Positions 37,835-48,331 of a stretch of DNA of 64,000 bases are shown here, one piece after another. Each line of letters opens with the position of its first letter. Positions within the stretch are counted from its first letter, which is position 1. Where the stretch lies: NCBI GenBank assembly GCA_965219995.1, contig CBDCOX010000002.1:2560001-2624000 (forward strand), written 5' to 3'. A model generated the notes under the pieces. That model saw nothing but the letters and a program-made list of their open reading frames with translations. It was not told the DNA's origin and did not search any database. A program made the translations under genes and the position numbers. The stretch comes from Candidatus Latescibacterota bacterium. Lineage in GTDB: Bacteria > Latescibacterota > UBA2968 > GCA-2709665.

Positions 37835-39661
37835 CTATCCGGGCTCCTCGCGGTTGGTTTCCAGGGTCTTGATTTTATCTCGAAGCGCTCGAACCCGTTC
37901 CCGCGCCTCCCCGGCCTCCAGGCTGTGCGGATATGCCGCCAGCACGGACTCGTAGGCCTGTAAAGCGTCCTGGTATTGTCCGAGTTTTCGGTCGTAGATC
38001 CTTCCCGCGGTCAACATCGCCTGGGGACACAGCGGACTCCAGGGGACGCTTGCCAGCAGGCGCCGGGACATCCGAATGGCCTCGCCGTACCTTCCGAGTC
38101 TTTCCAGGAGTGTAATCTGAGTTGCGAGGGCACGGTCCAGAAGGCCCGATTTCGGATGGCTTTCCACAAATCTGCGGAACGCGATCAAAGCCGCTTCGGG
38201 CATCTGCCGGCGAACGAGCCTGGACGCCGCGGCGTAGGTTCGAAGCACCCCGGCATCCTCGCGGTCGGCATGCTCGAGCAGAACCGAAAGCGCCAGCGCG
38301 TCGTTGTACGCGAATCGACTCGACGCCCCCGACAGCAGCGTGTCGATCATGGCCCGGGCGGCAACGATGTCGCCCGAGAGATAACGGCATTCGGCAATGC
38401 TGAAACGAGCCTGGACGGCGTCTTCCGTCCCCTGCTGTTCCCTGGCAACGCGAGCATACACCAATTCGGCCTCGTCAAGCCGGTCCGCAATGACCATGAT
38501 ATCCGCAATTTCGAAGAGGGCTCGATAGCGCCAGGAAGTGCGCCTTTTCGAGCCGGCGACCGCGCGGAATGCATCCAGCGCAGCCGTGGCATCCCCGTAG
38601 TCGCGGCGCAGGAGGCGCCCCAGCCGATACCCGGCCTCCTGGGCATAGCGGGTCCCGGGATATCCGCCAATCAGGCCCCTGTACAGGGCCGCAGCCGTGT
38701 CGACCCTCGCCAATCCCTCGTTGGCCCGACCCAGGCCGAGGAGTACGCCGGGCGGGCCCGCAGCGGTCTCGGAGCCCGCCAGGAGCATCCGATAGCCGGC
38801 GGCCGCCGTCTCGAACCGGCCGGCATAGAAAGCGTGGTTGGCGAGACGCAAGAGAAACGTCTCCTGTACCGGATGAAGACGTGAAGACGCCGCGATAACC
38901 CGCAGCGCCGACGCCTCGCGACCTGCCGCAATGGCGTACTCCGTAAACAGCCTCAGAGAGATGTCGTCCCGCGGATGCGCCCGAATCTCCCGGCCCAGGG
39001 CGGCAAGAATCCGGTCGTGCCGGTCGCCCTCGCGCGCGTAACGCCTGAATCGTGCTTCGATCGACCCGACGGCATGCGGCTGCTGACGAACAAAAACCAG
39101 GTACTCAGCGACAGCATCGGGATAGCGCGCGTGCCGCTCTGCGATTTCAGCCATCTCCCTTGCGAAAAGCAGCGGGTTGTCCAGAGTCTTGCGTCCCTGC
39201 CGGCACACGGACAGCGCCCGCGACGGAAGGTTGTGTTTCAGGAAACGCCGGGCAACCAGCGCAAAGGTGCCCTCGTCGGAAGCATTGGCGACGATACGTT
39301 CCCAGTGGGCAATGGCTCCCTTCAGATCGCCCGTTTCGGACTGGATGTCCGCCAGCCTGAGACGGACCGACCGGTCTTGCGGTCTCTCCTTTAGATGGGA
39401 CTCAAGAAGGCGTCCGGCTTCGACGCGGCGCCCGGTACGGACGAGAATCGATTCAATACGCAGGAGAACGTCTGCTCGGTAAGGAACCCGCTTCAGAACC
39501 TTCCGGTAAAGGCGCAGTGCGCCCCTCAGGTCGCCTGAGGCTTCCATTGCATTGGCCTGTCTCAGGGTTTCTCCGGGCGTGGCGGCGGGGAGATCCACCG
39601 GCGCGATCAGGAGAAGCGCAGCGAGAACGGAAACGGTATGGGGTAGAGACCGCATGTTCAC
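37835..39661 (-). CDS. Exported tetratricopeptide-repeat protein
   Basis: Signal peptide; repeated TPR/BamD-like helices (YPGTRYAQEA, HPKSGL, YPHSLEA). Confidence 0.85.
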   Translation of the reverse strand: MNMRSLPHTVSVLAALLLIAPVDLPAATPGETLRQANAMEASGDLRGALRLYRKVLKRVPYRADVLLRIESILVRTGRRVEAGRLLESHLKERPQDRSVRLRLADIQSETGDLKGAIAHWERIVANASDEGTFALVARRFLKHNLPSRALSVCRQGRKTLDNPLLFAREMAEIAERHARYPDAVAEYLVFVRQQPHAVGSIEARFRRYAREGDRHDRILAALGREIRAHPRDDISLRLFTEYAIAAGREASALRVIAASSRLHPVQETFLLRLANHAFYAGRFETAAAGYRMLLAGSETAAGPPGVLLGLGRANEGLARVDTAAALYRGLIGGYPGTRYAQEAGYRLGRLLRRDYGDATAALDAFRAVAGSKRRTSWRYRALFEIADIMVIADRLDEAELVYARVAREQQGTEDAVQARFSIAECRYLSGDIVAARAMIDTLLSGASSRFAYNDALALSVLLEHADREDAGVLRTYAAASRLVRRQMPEAALIAFRRFVESHPKSGLLDRALATQITLLERLGRYGEAIRMSRRLLASVPWSPLCPQAMLTAGRIYDRKLGQYQDALQAYESVLAAYPHSLEAGEARERVRALRDKIKTLETNREEPG

Positions 39662-42600
39662 CGGGCATCTTCGCGCGTCAGCGCGTCCTGCATCAATGAC
39701 TCGAAGTAGCTCCGGATGAGCCGCTGGTATTCGATCGCGAACCCTGCATCGAGCGCCTCCCGGAGACGTTTACGGAGCGGGTTGTCGGCTTCGCCCAGAT
39801 TCGGGGGCAACGAGCCCGGACCCCGGTACGCCAGGTCTGAACCCCTCCGTGCGCGCCGTTCCGTGCTTCGGCCGCGTTGGCGGATCGATCGCTGGGCATC
39901 CAGCAGGCGCGAGAGAATCCTGCGCTGGCGCTCCAGCGTTCCACTGCCCGCGCGCCGGTCCTGCATCTCCTGAACGACGGCTTCCATCTCGGATGCGATA
40001 TTGTCCAGATCGCCGAGCAGCGCCTGCCGCCGGCCGCCCATCCGCCGGCGGACTTCCTGTAGCGCCTGCAGGATGGCTCTCTGTCTGGCCGCCATCCGGG
40101 AGAGGCTCATCTGGCCGCCTCGCCCCTCGGACGAGGGGCGCCGCGAATCGAGCAGGGACTCGCTCTGGGCGTTCAGGTCCGACTGTTGGCCGGCCAATTC
40201 CTGCATGCGCTGGAGCATTTCTTCCAGGCCCACCGAAGAACCGGCAGCGGAGATGTCCTCGATAACCTTTCGGAGCGCGAGCGCGGCGTCATTCAGGGCG
40301 CCCATGGCGTCCTTGCCGGCATCGGCGGCCCGGGAACCGGCGCCGGCCTGGATATGACCGGCAGCCTCCCTGATCCCGATGAGCGCCCGACCCAACGAGG
40401 CGCCGGTTTCGGGCGTGACGAAATAGGTCCTGTGAGCGGCTTCCATCAAGTGGTTGGCCAGACGCGTCGCACCGGCCAGTATACGTGCCTGCTCAGTTGC
40501 CAGCACTGCCGGATCGCTGTCCCGGGAGAGTCCTTCCGCCTTGCGCAGGGTCTCTTCCTGAGCGGTGGACAGGCCCAGCAGGTTGTGGATCAACTGACCG
40601 AGTTGACGGGTCAGCGCTTCCTTCCGGCGGTTGACAAAAGCCTGCCTGACCGCGTCTAATTCCTTCGCGAACCGGTCGAGATCTCCGGCGATACGTGCGC
40701 CCCGGGTTCGAGCCGACCGTGCCGATTCCCCGCGCAGGTCGCGGCTGACGAGACGCATTCGTTCGGTTATGCGCTGTGCTTCGAACCGATCCGTCAGGCG
40801 TCCCAGTTGTTCCGCGGCCGCGGGGTGCTCCGCTAACTTCCCGGCGGATTGCGCGAGTTCGTCTTCAAAGGAGTCTGTCCGTTTTCGGATCGCGTCCTGA
40901 CGGCCTGCCAGGGACGAAGGAACGCGTTCATCGCCGATGTTTTCGACCACGCGACGCTGCTCTTCCGAAAGCGCTTCCAGTGCCCGGGCCAGGGCCTCGA
41001 GGGTCTGTTCCGTGCGAAGTTGCCGCAGCAGGTCGATCGTCCGTTCCAGAGACTGCTGGAACCCTTCCTGTTCGCCGCGAAACGCCTTCAGGGCTTCCTC
41101 CACGGCTGCGGGATCGACGCGCTGCATTGCGTCCCGGAGTTCCTCCATAGCTTCTTTCAATCCGGGCGTCTCGATTTCGGTGAGCAGTTCCTGTATCTGG
41201 TGCAGCTTCTGCAGAGTTTCGTCCCCCAGAAGTCCGCTCTGTTCCAGCCTGTCCAGTGTTTCCTCGAGTTTCTCGCTTACATTCTCAAGACGTTCCGCGG
41301 CGTTGGCCTGGTCGTCGACCGCGGTTTCCAGTTCCTTGCCGTGCTGCCATTGCATCTTTCGTTCTTTCAACAGTCGATGTGCGAACGCTTCAAGGCGTTC
41401 CCGTACCGCCTCCCCCTCCTCCCGGATGGCGGTCATCTGTTCCAGACCCTCTTGTTGGGCCTGTTGCGCTTGCCGATGGATCTCCAGCAGAGAAGGAAAA
41501 CGGATGGTGAATCCCGGTGTTTCCGTTATGCCTGGTCCGGAAACCGTGTTGCCGTCGTACGCGCGCAGCCTGAAAACGACCCGATCCCCCGGCAACAGGT
41601 CCAGGCCTGAAAGATCCCACACATAGGTCCGGGTGAGTTCACCGACATCCGGTTCATCGAGGGGAAAGGGGAGGATCTCAGCTGCCTCGTCATCGTTCAG
41701 GCGGTATCGAATTTCGATTTTTGCAACGCCGAAGTCATCACGGGCTTCCGCGAACAGGGGGACCTGCATGTCTTCCCCCAGTTCGGTGTCTTTTCCCGGC
41801 CGGAGCAAGCGGATTTCAGGAGGATGGTCCTGCAGCGCCACGATGCGGTATTCAACAGGATCGGTGCTGGCGATATCGTGCGTATCCCGCAGCGCGACTG
41901 TATATCGCCGGTTCCGGCTGACCATCAGATCGAAGAGAGCGGATCGTCCGTCTGTTCGCGCCCTTGAAGTGACGCTGTCGTCAAAGACGATTTCCGCGGC
42001 GCTCAGCGGCAGGCTGGATTCCACGTGAAGGGTGGTCGAGGTTCCGGCGACGGCCACAATGTCGCCGCCATCCACGTCGCGGACTTCCTCCAGGCGGGTA
42101 TAGGCCGGATAGCGGTTGTCGTGGCGGAGCCGCAACACCATCGGCCGCGGTTTCGCCGTAACCGTGTAGACCGGCGTTTCCGCGTCGTTTGCTTGAAGTC
42201 GGTACTGAAGCGATCGGGTAACGGCGGGAATTCTGTGTTCGATCCGCCCGTTGCGCACCAAAAGCTCGAGGAACGTCCAGGCGTCATCTTCCCGCAGATA
42301 GATCCCGGCCCGGAGGGGCACGAGACCGGTGAGCGTCGCCGTAATTGCAAACGGCTCGCCGGCGATGATTTCAGCGCTTCCGGGATGGACTGCGATAAAC
42401 GTCTCGGGCGGGCGGGCGTAGGCGGTGTGCGGACGAGCCAGCCGGCCGGCGGCAGCGGTCAGCGGCCCGGGAAGTATCGCGAATGCGACGAGAATGGCGA
42501 TGCCGAACGCACCGCAGAGACCGGCCATCCGAAGGGGTTGGTTGCGGGCGACCAGCGGATCCAGGTTCAGCCTCGCGAGGGCTTCGTCCGCCTGAATCAC

Positions 42601-42993
42601 CGCGGCGTCGACCATCCGGGCAGAATGGTCGGCGCGCCTCTCCGGACTCCAGAGCTGCAGCGCGCTGATCAGACGCTGATGAAGTCCGCCGAACGCGTGT
42701 TCGACCTGCAGTGCGACGTCTTCCGGTGAAGGCGGAAGGAATAACGGACGAAAGCAGTACAGTACCGCGAGAACGGCCAGAACAAGCCCCGCAACACCCA
42801 CCACGGCCACCTTGACTGCCGGCGGGAGATAGAGGGCGGTTTCAAGGAGAAGCAGAACGAAAAAGCATCCCAGCGCGCAGCAGAGAGTCAGTCCCGCGCC
42901 GTACATGACGCGGGCGGCAATCTGCCTTTTCCGAAGCGCGTACAGCCTGCGCAGCAGGTTCCGGTACGCGGCATTTGCGGATAATCCGGACAT
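39658..42993 (-). CDS. DUF4175-family membrane-anchored coiled-coil protein
   Basis: Three N-terminal TM helices, Ig-like middle (ARDDFGV), long Q/E-rich coiled coil, ILSRLLDAQRS...YQRLIRSYF end. Confidence 0.8.
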   Translation of the reverse strand: MSGLSANAAYRNLLRRLYALRKRQIAARVMYGAGLTLCCALGCFFVLLLLETALYLPPAVKVAVVGVAGLVLAVLAVLYCFRPLFLPPSPEDVALQVEHAFGGLHQRLISALQLWSPERRADHSARMVDAAVIQADEALARLNLDPLVARNQPLRMAGLCGAFGIAILVAFAILPGPLTAAAGRLARPHTAYARPPETFIAVHPGSAEIIAGEPFAITATLTGLVPLRAGIYLREDDAWTFLELLVRNGRIEHRIPAVTRSLQYRLQANDAETPVYTVTAKPRPMVLRLRHDNRYPAYTRLEEVRDVDGGDIVAVAGTSTTLHVESSLPLSAAEIVFDDSVTSRARTDGRSALFDLMVSRNRRYTVALRDTHDIASTDPVEYRIVALQDHPPEIRLLRPGKDTELGEDMQVPLFAEARDDFGVAKIEIRYRLNDDEAAEILPFPLDEPDVGELTRTYVWDLSGLDLLPGDRVVFRLRAYDGNTVSGPGITETPGFTIRFPSLLEIHRQAQQAQQEGLEQMTAIREEGEAVRERLEAFAHRLLKERKMQWQHGKELETAVDDQANAAERLENVSEKLEETLDRLEQSGLLGDETLQKLHQIQELLTEIETPGLKEAMEELRDAMQRVDPAAVEEALKAFRGEQEGFQQSLERTIDLLRQLRTEQTLEALARALEALSEEQRRVVENIGDERVPSSLAGRQDAIRKRTDSFEDELAQSAGKLAEHPAAAEQLGRLTDRFEAQRITERMRLVSRDLRGESARSARTRGARIAGDLDRFAKELDAVRQAFVNRRKEALTRQLGQLIHNLLGLSTAQEETLRKAEGLSRDSDPAVLATEQARILAGATRLANHLMEAAHRTYFVTPETGASLGRALIGIREAAGHIQAGAGSRAADAGKDAMGALNDAALALRKVIEDISAAGSSVGLEEMLQRMQELAGQQSDLNAQSESLLDSRRPSSEGRGGQMSLSRMAARQRAILQALQEVRRRMGGRRQALLGDLDNIASEMEAVVQEMQDRRAGSGTLERQRRILSRLLDAQRSIRQRGRSTERRARRGSDLAYRGPGSLPPNLGEADNPLRKRLREALDAGFAIEYQRLIRSYFESLMQDALTREDAR

Positions 42994-43029
42994 AGGTGAG
43001 GGGAGCGTTATTACGGAGGCGTCGCGCGG

Positions 43030-43734
43030 TTAGTGGGAAAGCGCCCAGACGATAACGTTTGTGCCCATCTTCAATGCGGCATCCCGCTTTTCAGGCGGAT
43101 CTTCGTGAACATCCGCGTCGTTCCAGCCATCCCCAAGGTCGCATTCGTAATTGTAAAAGACCACAAGCCGTCCTTCGTGAAAGATGCCAAAGGCCTGTGG
43201 TCGTTTCCCGTCGTGCTCGTGGATCTTGGGAAGGCCGTCCGGGAACGGGAACGGGTGTTGAAAGATACCGAACGAGGGCGGCAACTCCACCAGTTCCTTA
43301 TCCGGGAACGTCCGTTTGATTTCACGGCGGAACGCACTGTCGAGTCCGTAGTCGTCGTTGGCAAACAGGAAGCCGCCGTGTTCAAGGTACGTGCGCAGGC
43401 GCCTGACCTCGTCTTCGGAAAATCGGATATTTCCATGCCCGGTGAGGTAGAGAACGGGATAAGCGAAGAGATCCTCGTCCATGATTTCGACCCTGGCTTC
43501 CCGGTCTGCCGTATGGATCGTCGTCTGACTTCGGATGAATGCCAGAAGGTTGGGAATTTCGGTGGGCCCGTTGTACCAGTCGCCCCCGCCGCCGAACTTG
43601 AGCCGTGCTATGGTAAACGTCGCGGGAGGTTCCGGCAGTTGCGCCGGAATGCGGACGGCGCCAACCGCCAGAAGGAAAAACAAGGCACAGGGCACTCCCC
43701 GTCGGCCGGATCGTCCTGCGGCGTTGTATGGCAT
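43030..43734 (-). CDS. DUF4159 protein
   Basis: ARLKFGGGGDWY, YLTGHGNI, GGFLFANDDYG, GLPKIHEHDG, DLGDGW. Confidence 0.92.
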   Translation of the reverse strand: MPYNAAGRSGRRGVPCALFFLLAVGAVRIPAQLPEPPATFTIARLKFGGGGDWYNGPTEIPNLLAFIRSQTTIHTADREARVEIMDEDLFAYPVLYLTGHGNIRFSEDEVRRLRTYLEHGGFLFANDDYGLDSAFRREIKRTFPDKELVELPPSFGIFQHPFPFPDGLPKIHEHDGKRPQAFGIFHEGRLVVFYNYECDLGDGWNDADVHEDPPEKRDAALKMGTNVIVWALSH

Positions 43735-43881
43735 TGAAATCCTGTTTATCCGTCTTCAGGATTGCGACCGGAATCAGTGAAACTGGGGCCGGGCGAGGGG
43801 AACGGAGGCATGTGTGGCCCGCGTTCCGGCGCCCGGCCCCAGTTTAGACGTGACAGGCAATCGGAAGTTCCAGGGCTCCGG

Positions 43882-44229
43882 TCAACCGGAATCGATCTGA
43901 AGCAGTCGTCTCGCCCCGTCCGGCGACGGCGCGGGATTCTTCTCAAAACTGAACGTGCAATCGAACCCCACGTCGGCCAGACATCTTTCGTCGATCGGAA
44001 ACGCGTTGCACTGGAGAGGCCGGTTTTCGTAGATGCTGCAGACCGAGAATCCATCGTCCTGTTTGACCAGGAAGGGACATTTGAAGAGAATCTCGCAGCA
44101 ATTGCCGCACCTGTTGCATTCGCCCGCAAGGAGCGTTGCCTGCTGCGCAACGTAGGACTTCCGAAAATGAACCAGGAACAGTCGGCGAATTTTCCCTGCG
44201 GCCTGACGAGCCCTGAACGGCAAATTCAT
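43882..44229 (-). CDS. CxxCxxCC (YkgJ-like) zinc/iron-chelating protein
   Basis: GECNRCGNCC...CPFL...CSIYENRPLQCNAFP. Confidence 0.75.
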   Translation of the reverse strand: MNLPFRARQAAGKIRRLFLVHFRKSYVAQQATLLAGECNRCGNCCEILFKCPFLVKQDDGFSVCSIYENRPLQCNAFPIDERCLADVGFDCTFSFEKNPAPSPDGARRLLQIDSG

Positions 44230-44269
44230 GCGTGCTCCGTTTTTCATCTGTCGCAGAGGCTTCTTCAGG

Positions 44270-45793
44270 TTAGCTCCGCGACGTGGGGTCCCGTTCTACA
44301 CCTGCCGGAGTCGACAGCCGGAAGAGTTGCCGGATCTCCTGCCACTCTCCGGTTTCAAGGAAGTTCCAGCCCCACAGCACGAACGGATAGGCCAGCAACA
44401 GAATGCACCGGGTCGCGACACCGGACGGGCTGGCATCGGAAACCGTTCCGGACACGACAAGAAAAACGATGCCCCCGGCGACCGCGACCTTCGCCAGGCG
44501 GGCGTACTCGTAGGAGACCGGGTAAAACCGTCGGGTGTGGAGATAAAGGAAAACGACCATGACCCCGTAGGCGGCCAGCGTACTCCAGGCCGCGCCAAGC
44601 ACGCCTATGCGCGGGATGAGCAATAGGTTGAGTCCCACATTGATGACCGCGCCCAGGCCCACAACGAAGGGCAGCATGCGTGAACGGCCCTCCGCGTAGA
44701 CGCCGGCCGTCAATATAATGTATATGCCGGACAAAAGGAACGCAAGGGTTACAATAGGGATGACGCCCTGTGCCGGCAGGTATTCGGAGGCCCTGTCACC
44801 GCAGCCCAGCAGGATGAGATCCCGGGCAAAGGTGGAAAGTATCAGCAGCAGCAGGGTCGCTCCCGCGGCAAAGTAGGTGGTCATCCGGGCGACGACGTTG
44901 CGGGCCTCCGTTCTGTCCGGAATGGCCAGGACCCCGGGCGCCCACGCGGCGCGGAATACGCGCGTAAGCATCTGCATGGGCAGACAAAAACGGAAGAGGA
45001 TCTGAAGGATCCCGACGGGGTCCTTGCCAATGAAAAGATTCAGAAGCAACCGGTCGGACAGGTTAATCAGCAGAAGGGCCGCGGCGGAGGGAACGAAGGG
45101 CAGGCCAAAGTGCAGAAGCTCGCGCAGGATCGCGGGCGAATAGACGGGCCGGAGTTTGCGAAAACCCACCGGACACAGGGCCAGAAAGGCAAACGTCGAG
45201 CTTGCCAGGTTGCTCCAGAATATGGCACGTACCCCGTGTCCTTCCCAGGCAATCAGATAAACGGTGAGGCCGAGCTGCAATGTGTGCTGGATGAACCGGA
45301 CAGCCGCGTAAATTCCGGAACGTTGCCGCACCCTGCACAGCGTAAAAAAGGGTTCGGAAAGGGTGTCCAGCAGCAGAATGACTGCGATGATCCGGAAGAT
45401 ATCGGCGTAGGACGTGGAATTGAGAAAGAAAACAGCGAGGGGTACCGCGGAAGTCCATACGAGGACAGAAAGCAGGACGCCGACGACCAGAAGTGTCCAA
45501 TATGCCGTGCTGAACTTGAGGCGAATGACTTCGACGCCGCGCTCGACGGAAAGATGGCGGACAAGCGCGTGGTTCAGACCCAGTGCGTACAGGAGAACGC
45601 TGAAACTGACAAAGGCGTACGCCAGGGCCATGTCGCCGTTTTCGGAAGGCGAAAGGAGGCGGGCGTAGACCGGCACCAGCAGGATGCCCGTCGCCTTGCC
45701 GAGCAGGTCGCCCATCCCGTAAACGGCAGTGTGTTTTGCGAGCGATTTGACGTGACGCAAGCGCATGGAAAATTCGCGGCCATCCATCTTCAC
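44270..45793 (-). CDS. Oligosaccharide flippase (Wzx/MOP family)
   Basis: KHTAVYG start, about 14 hydrophobic segments, SDR motif, LLIPRIGVLGAAWSTL. Confidence 0.88.
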   Translation of the reverse strand: MKMDGREFSMRLRHVKSLAKHTAVYGMGDLLGKATGILLVPVYARLLSPSENGDMALAYAFVSFSVLLYALGLNHALVRHLSVERGVEVIRLKFSTAYWTLLVVGVLLSVLVWTSAVPLAVFFLNSTSYADIFRIIAVILLLDTLSEPFFTLCRVRQRSGIYAAVRFIQHTLQLGLTVYLIAWEGHGVRAIFWSNLASSTFAFLALCPVGFRKLRPVYSPAILRELLHFGLPFVPSAAALLLINLSDRLLLNLFIGKDPVGILQILFRFCLPMQMLTRVFRAAWAPGVLAIPDRTEARNVVARMTTYFAAGATLLLLILSTFARDLILLGCGDRASEYLPAQGVIPIVTLAFLLSGIYIILTAGVYAEGRSRMLPFVVGLGAVINVGLNLLLIPRIGVLGAAWSTLAAYGVMVVFLYLHTRRFYPVSYEYARLAKVAVAGGIVFLVVSGTVSDASPSGVATRCILLLAYPFVLWGWNFLETGEWQEIRQLFRLSTPAGVERDPTSRS

Positions 45794-45894
45794 CGGTGTC
45801 GGACACGACGGCCGCCGCGCCGCGTTGGAACCGGAGAATGCAGGTCGGATTCCGTGCCCGGGCCGGCCTGCGCCGGGTTGGAAGGATGTGATGT

Positions 45895-48324
45895 CTACAA
45901 CATGGAAACAGGATCGATATCCACGTCCAGGGTCACTGCGGCGCGGCGATTTCGGCCGAATTCGCGCATGGCCATGTGGGCGAGGACGTTCAGGTGTCTC
46001 GATGAGGGCGTCTTAAGCACGACCTGCCACCGGTAGCTCCTTCGTATACGGGCAAGCGGCGCCTGCGCGGGGCCCATCACGTCAATGCGCGGCAATGCCA
46101 TTGCGCGCATGGCCTCGGCGCACAGCCCTGCGGTTCGTGCGACGTCATCTTCACGTCTGCCCTTGAAGAGAAGCAAGGCCATACGGCCGAACGGCGGATA
46201 GCTGACGCTGCGTCGTCCTTCGAGTTCAAGTTCGGCGAACCTGTGAAAGTCATGCTTCCGCGCACACTGCACGGCTTCACTCTCCGGCAGGTGAGTCTGT
46301 ATGACGACCTCGCCGGGAGAACGTCCACGACCGGCCCGTCCGCTTACCTGCGTGAGCAGTTGAAACGTGCGCTCGCCGGCTCTGAAGTCCGGCAGATGAA
46401 TGCCGGTATCGGCAGAAATGACGCCGACAAGGGTGACGCCGGGAAAATCCAGGCCCTTGGCTACCATCTGCGTGCCCAGCAGAACGTCAGCCTCGCCGAG
46501 CCTGAAGGACTCGAGAATGCGGTCGTGCGCCCCTTTTCGACGGGTCGTATCGACGTCCATGCGAAGGAGGCGCAATTCAGGGTACTGCTCCTTGAGCGCC
46601 TCTTCCACGCGCTGCGTACCCACACCGGACATCCGCAGATTCGTTCCCTCGCAAGCGCGGCATGCGGACGGCGCAGGCGTTTCGAAAGCGCAGTAGTGAC
46701 ACACCATCCGCCGGCCAGGGGCATGGTAGGTGAGCGTGACCCGACAATTCGGGCATTGTACACCCGCGCCACAATCCAGACATTGGACGAATGGAGCATA
46801 TCCTCTGCGGTTCTGCAGCAGGATGACCCGCTCCTTCTTTGCCAGGCGGTCCCTGAGTTTCTCCCGCAAGATCCCGGAAAAGAGGCCACCGCTCTCTTTC
46901 CTCATATCAACGAGGATGACATCCGGCAGGGGACGGGAATCGATCCGTTCCGGCAGAGGAAGCAGATGGAATTTTTCGGTGTCGACGTTGTGATAGGATT
47001 CGAGCGCGGGCGTTGCCGAGCCTAGAATGATGGGGATATTCTCCATTTTTGCCCGCATCACGGCAACATCGCGCGCGTTGTACCGGGGCGCCGGATCCGA
47101 CTGTTTGTAGGCGCCATCATGTTCCTCGTCCACAACAATAAGGCCAAGATTTGAGACGGGCGCAAAGACCGCGGAACGCGCGCCGATGACAACGGTCCGC
47201 CGGCCCTCCCGGATGTCCCGCCAGGCGTCGTAGCGTTCGCCTTCCGAAAGGGCGCTGTGGATAACGGCGACCCGGTCGCCGAAGTGGGACCTGAAGCTGC
47301 GCACCGTTTGAGGGGTGAGCGAAATCTCGGGTACCAGAATCAATGCGCCAAGTCCGGATCTCAGTACACGTTCGACGGCCCGGATGTAGACCAGCGTCTT
47401 GCCGCTGCCGGTAACTCCGTGAAGGAGAAAGGAACTGAATCTGGGGGGGGTGAGCGAATCCTGGATTTCCTCTAAAGCTCCTTCTTGATGCACGGTGAGC
47501 CTAAGCTGCTCTGGCGTGGCGGACGCCAGGTCCGCGTATGGGTCCCGCCGGACTTCCCGCTGGAAGATCCGAACCAGTCTGCGGTCTGCCAGCGCTTTCA
47601 GGATGCCCGGCGCGATCCCTGCCCGGCTGAGTGCGGCGGCGGACATCGCGCCCCCGCATGCCCGAAGGCGCTTGAGACATTCCGCCTGCCGCGGCGCCCT
47701 GCGTTTCAGCGCGGGCCATTCCACTTCGAACCACCGCGCATCCGGAACCAGTTGAACCACGCGCTCCCGTTTGGACCTGACCCGGGGATCTTCGATGATC
47801 TGATGGGTTGTGAGCATACCCCGTCGAAGCAGGCCGTAGACGGCACTGCGGACCCCGTTCCCGCGCAGACGACGCTGCAGCTGGCGGAGGCTGGCCGGTC
47901 CATGCGACTGCAGGTGGTCGAACACCTGCCGTTGGCCGGGGGTAATCGCATCGCGACCGGCGCCGTTGAGGGCGTTGACGGCGATGCGTTGCCCGCTGTG
48001 GGTATGGATGCCGGCGGGAAGGGCGGCCGTAAGCACTTCGGACAAGGTGCAGACATAATAACCCGCCATCCACCGGCAGAGGTCCAGGACGCCTGGAGAG
48101 ACGACGGGATAGGGGTCGAGCAGGATGCCGATGGACTTGATGTTTTCCAGGTCGGTCGTGTCCTGAAAGCCGACCACGATGCCCGTCGTCCACCTGGGTC
48201 CCAGTGGAACGAGCGCCCTGTATCCGACTTGAACCTGTTGTCTCAGGTCGTCGGGAACCAGATACGTCATCTCGCTGTCGATCGGCGTCGCAAGGGGGAC
48301 AATTTGCGCGTAGTTTGAATCCAT
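45895..48324 (-). CDS. priA: Primosomal protein N'
   Basis: GVTGSGKT, VPEISLTPQ, DEEH, four CxxC, GTQMVAKGLDF, QVSGRAGR. Confidence 0.97.
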   Translation of the reverse strand: MDSNYAQIVPLATPIDSEMTYLVPDDLRQQVQVGYRALVPLGPRWTTGIVVGFQDTTDLENIKSIGILLDPYPVVSPGVLDLCRWMAGYYVCTLSEVLTAALPAGIHTHSGQRIAVNALNGAGRDAITPGQRQVFDHLQSHGPASLRQLQRRLRGNGVRSAVYGLLRRGMLTTHQIIEDPRVRSKRERVVQLVPDARWFEVEWPALKRRAPRQAECLKRLRACGGAMSAAALSRAGIAPGILKALADRRLVRIFQREVRRDPYADLASATPEQLRLTVHQEGALEEIQDSLTPPRFSSFLLHGVTGSGKTLVYIRAVERVLRSGLGALILVPEISLTPQTVRSFRSHFGDRVAVIHSALSEGERYDAWRDIREGRRTVVIGARSAVFAPVSNLGLIVVDEEHDGAYKQSDPAPRYNARDVAVMRAKMENIPIILGSATPALESYHNVDTEKFHLLPLPERIDSRPLPDVILVDMRKESGGLFSGILREKLRDRLAKKERVILLQNRRGYAPFVQCLDCGAGVQCPNCRVTLTYHAPGRRMVCHYCAFETPAPSACRACEGTNLRMSGVGTQRVEEALKEQYPELRLLRMDVDTTRRKGAHDRILESFRLGEADVLLGTQMVAKGLDFPGVTLVGVISADTGIHLPDFRAGERTFQLLTQVSGRAGRGRSPGEVVIQTHLPESEAVQCARKHDFHRFAELELEGRRSVSYPPFGRMALLLFKGRREDDVARTAGLCAEAMRAMALPRIDVMGPAQAPLARIRRSYRWQVVLKTPSSRHLNVLAHMAMREFGRNRRAAVTLDVDIDPVSML

Positions 48325-48331
48325 TGACGGA

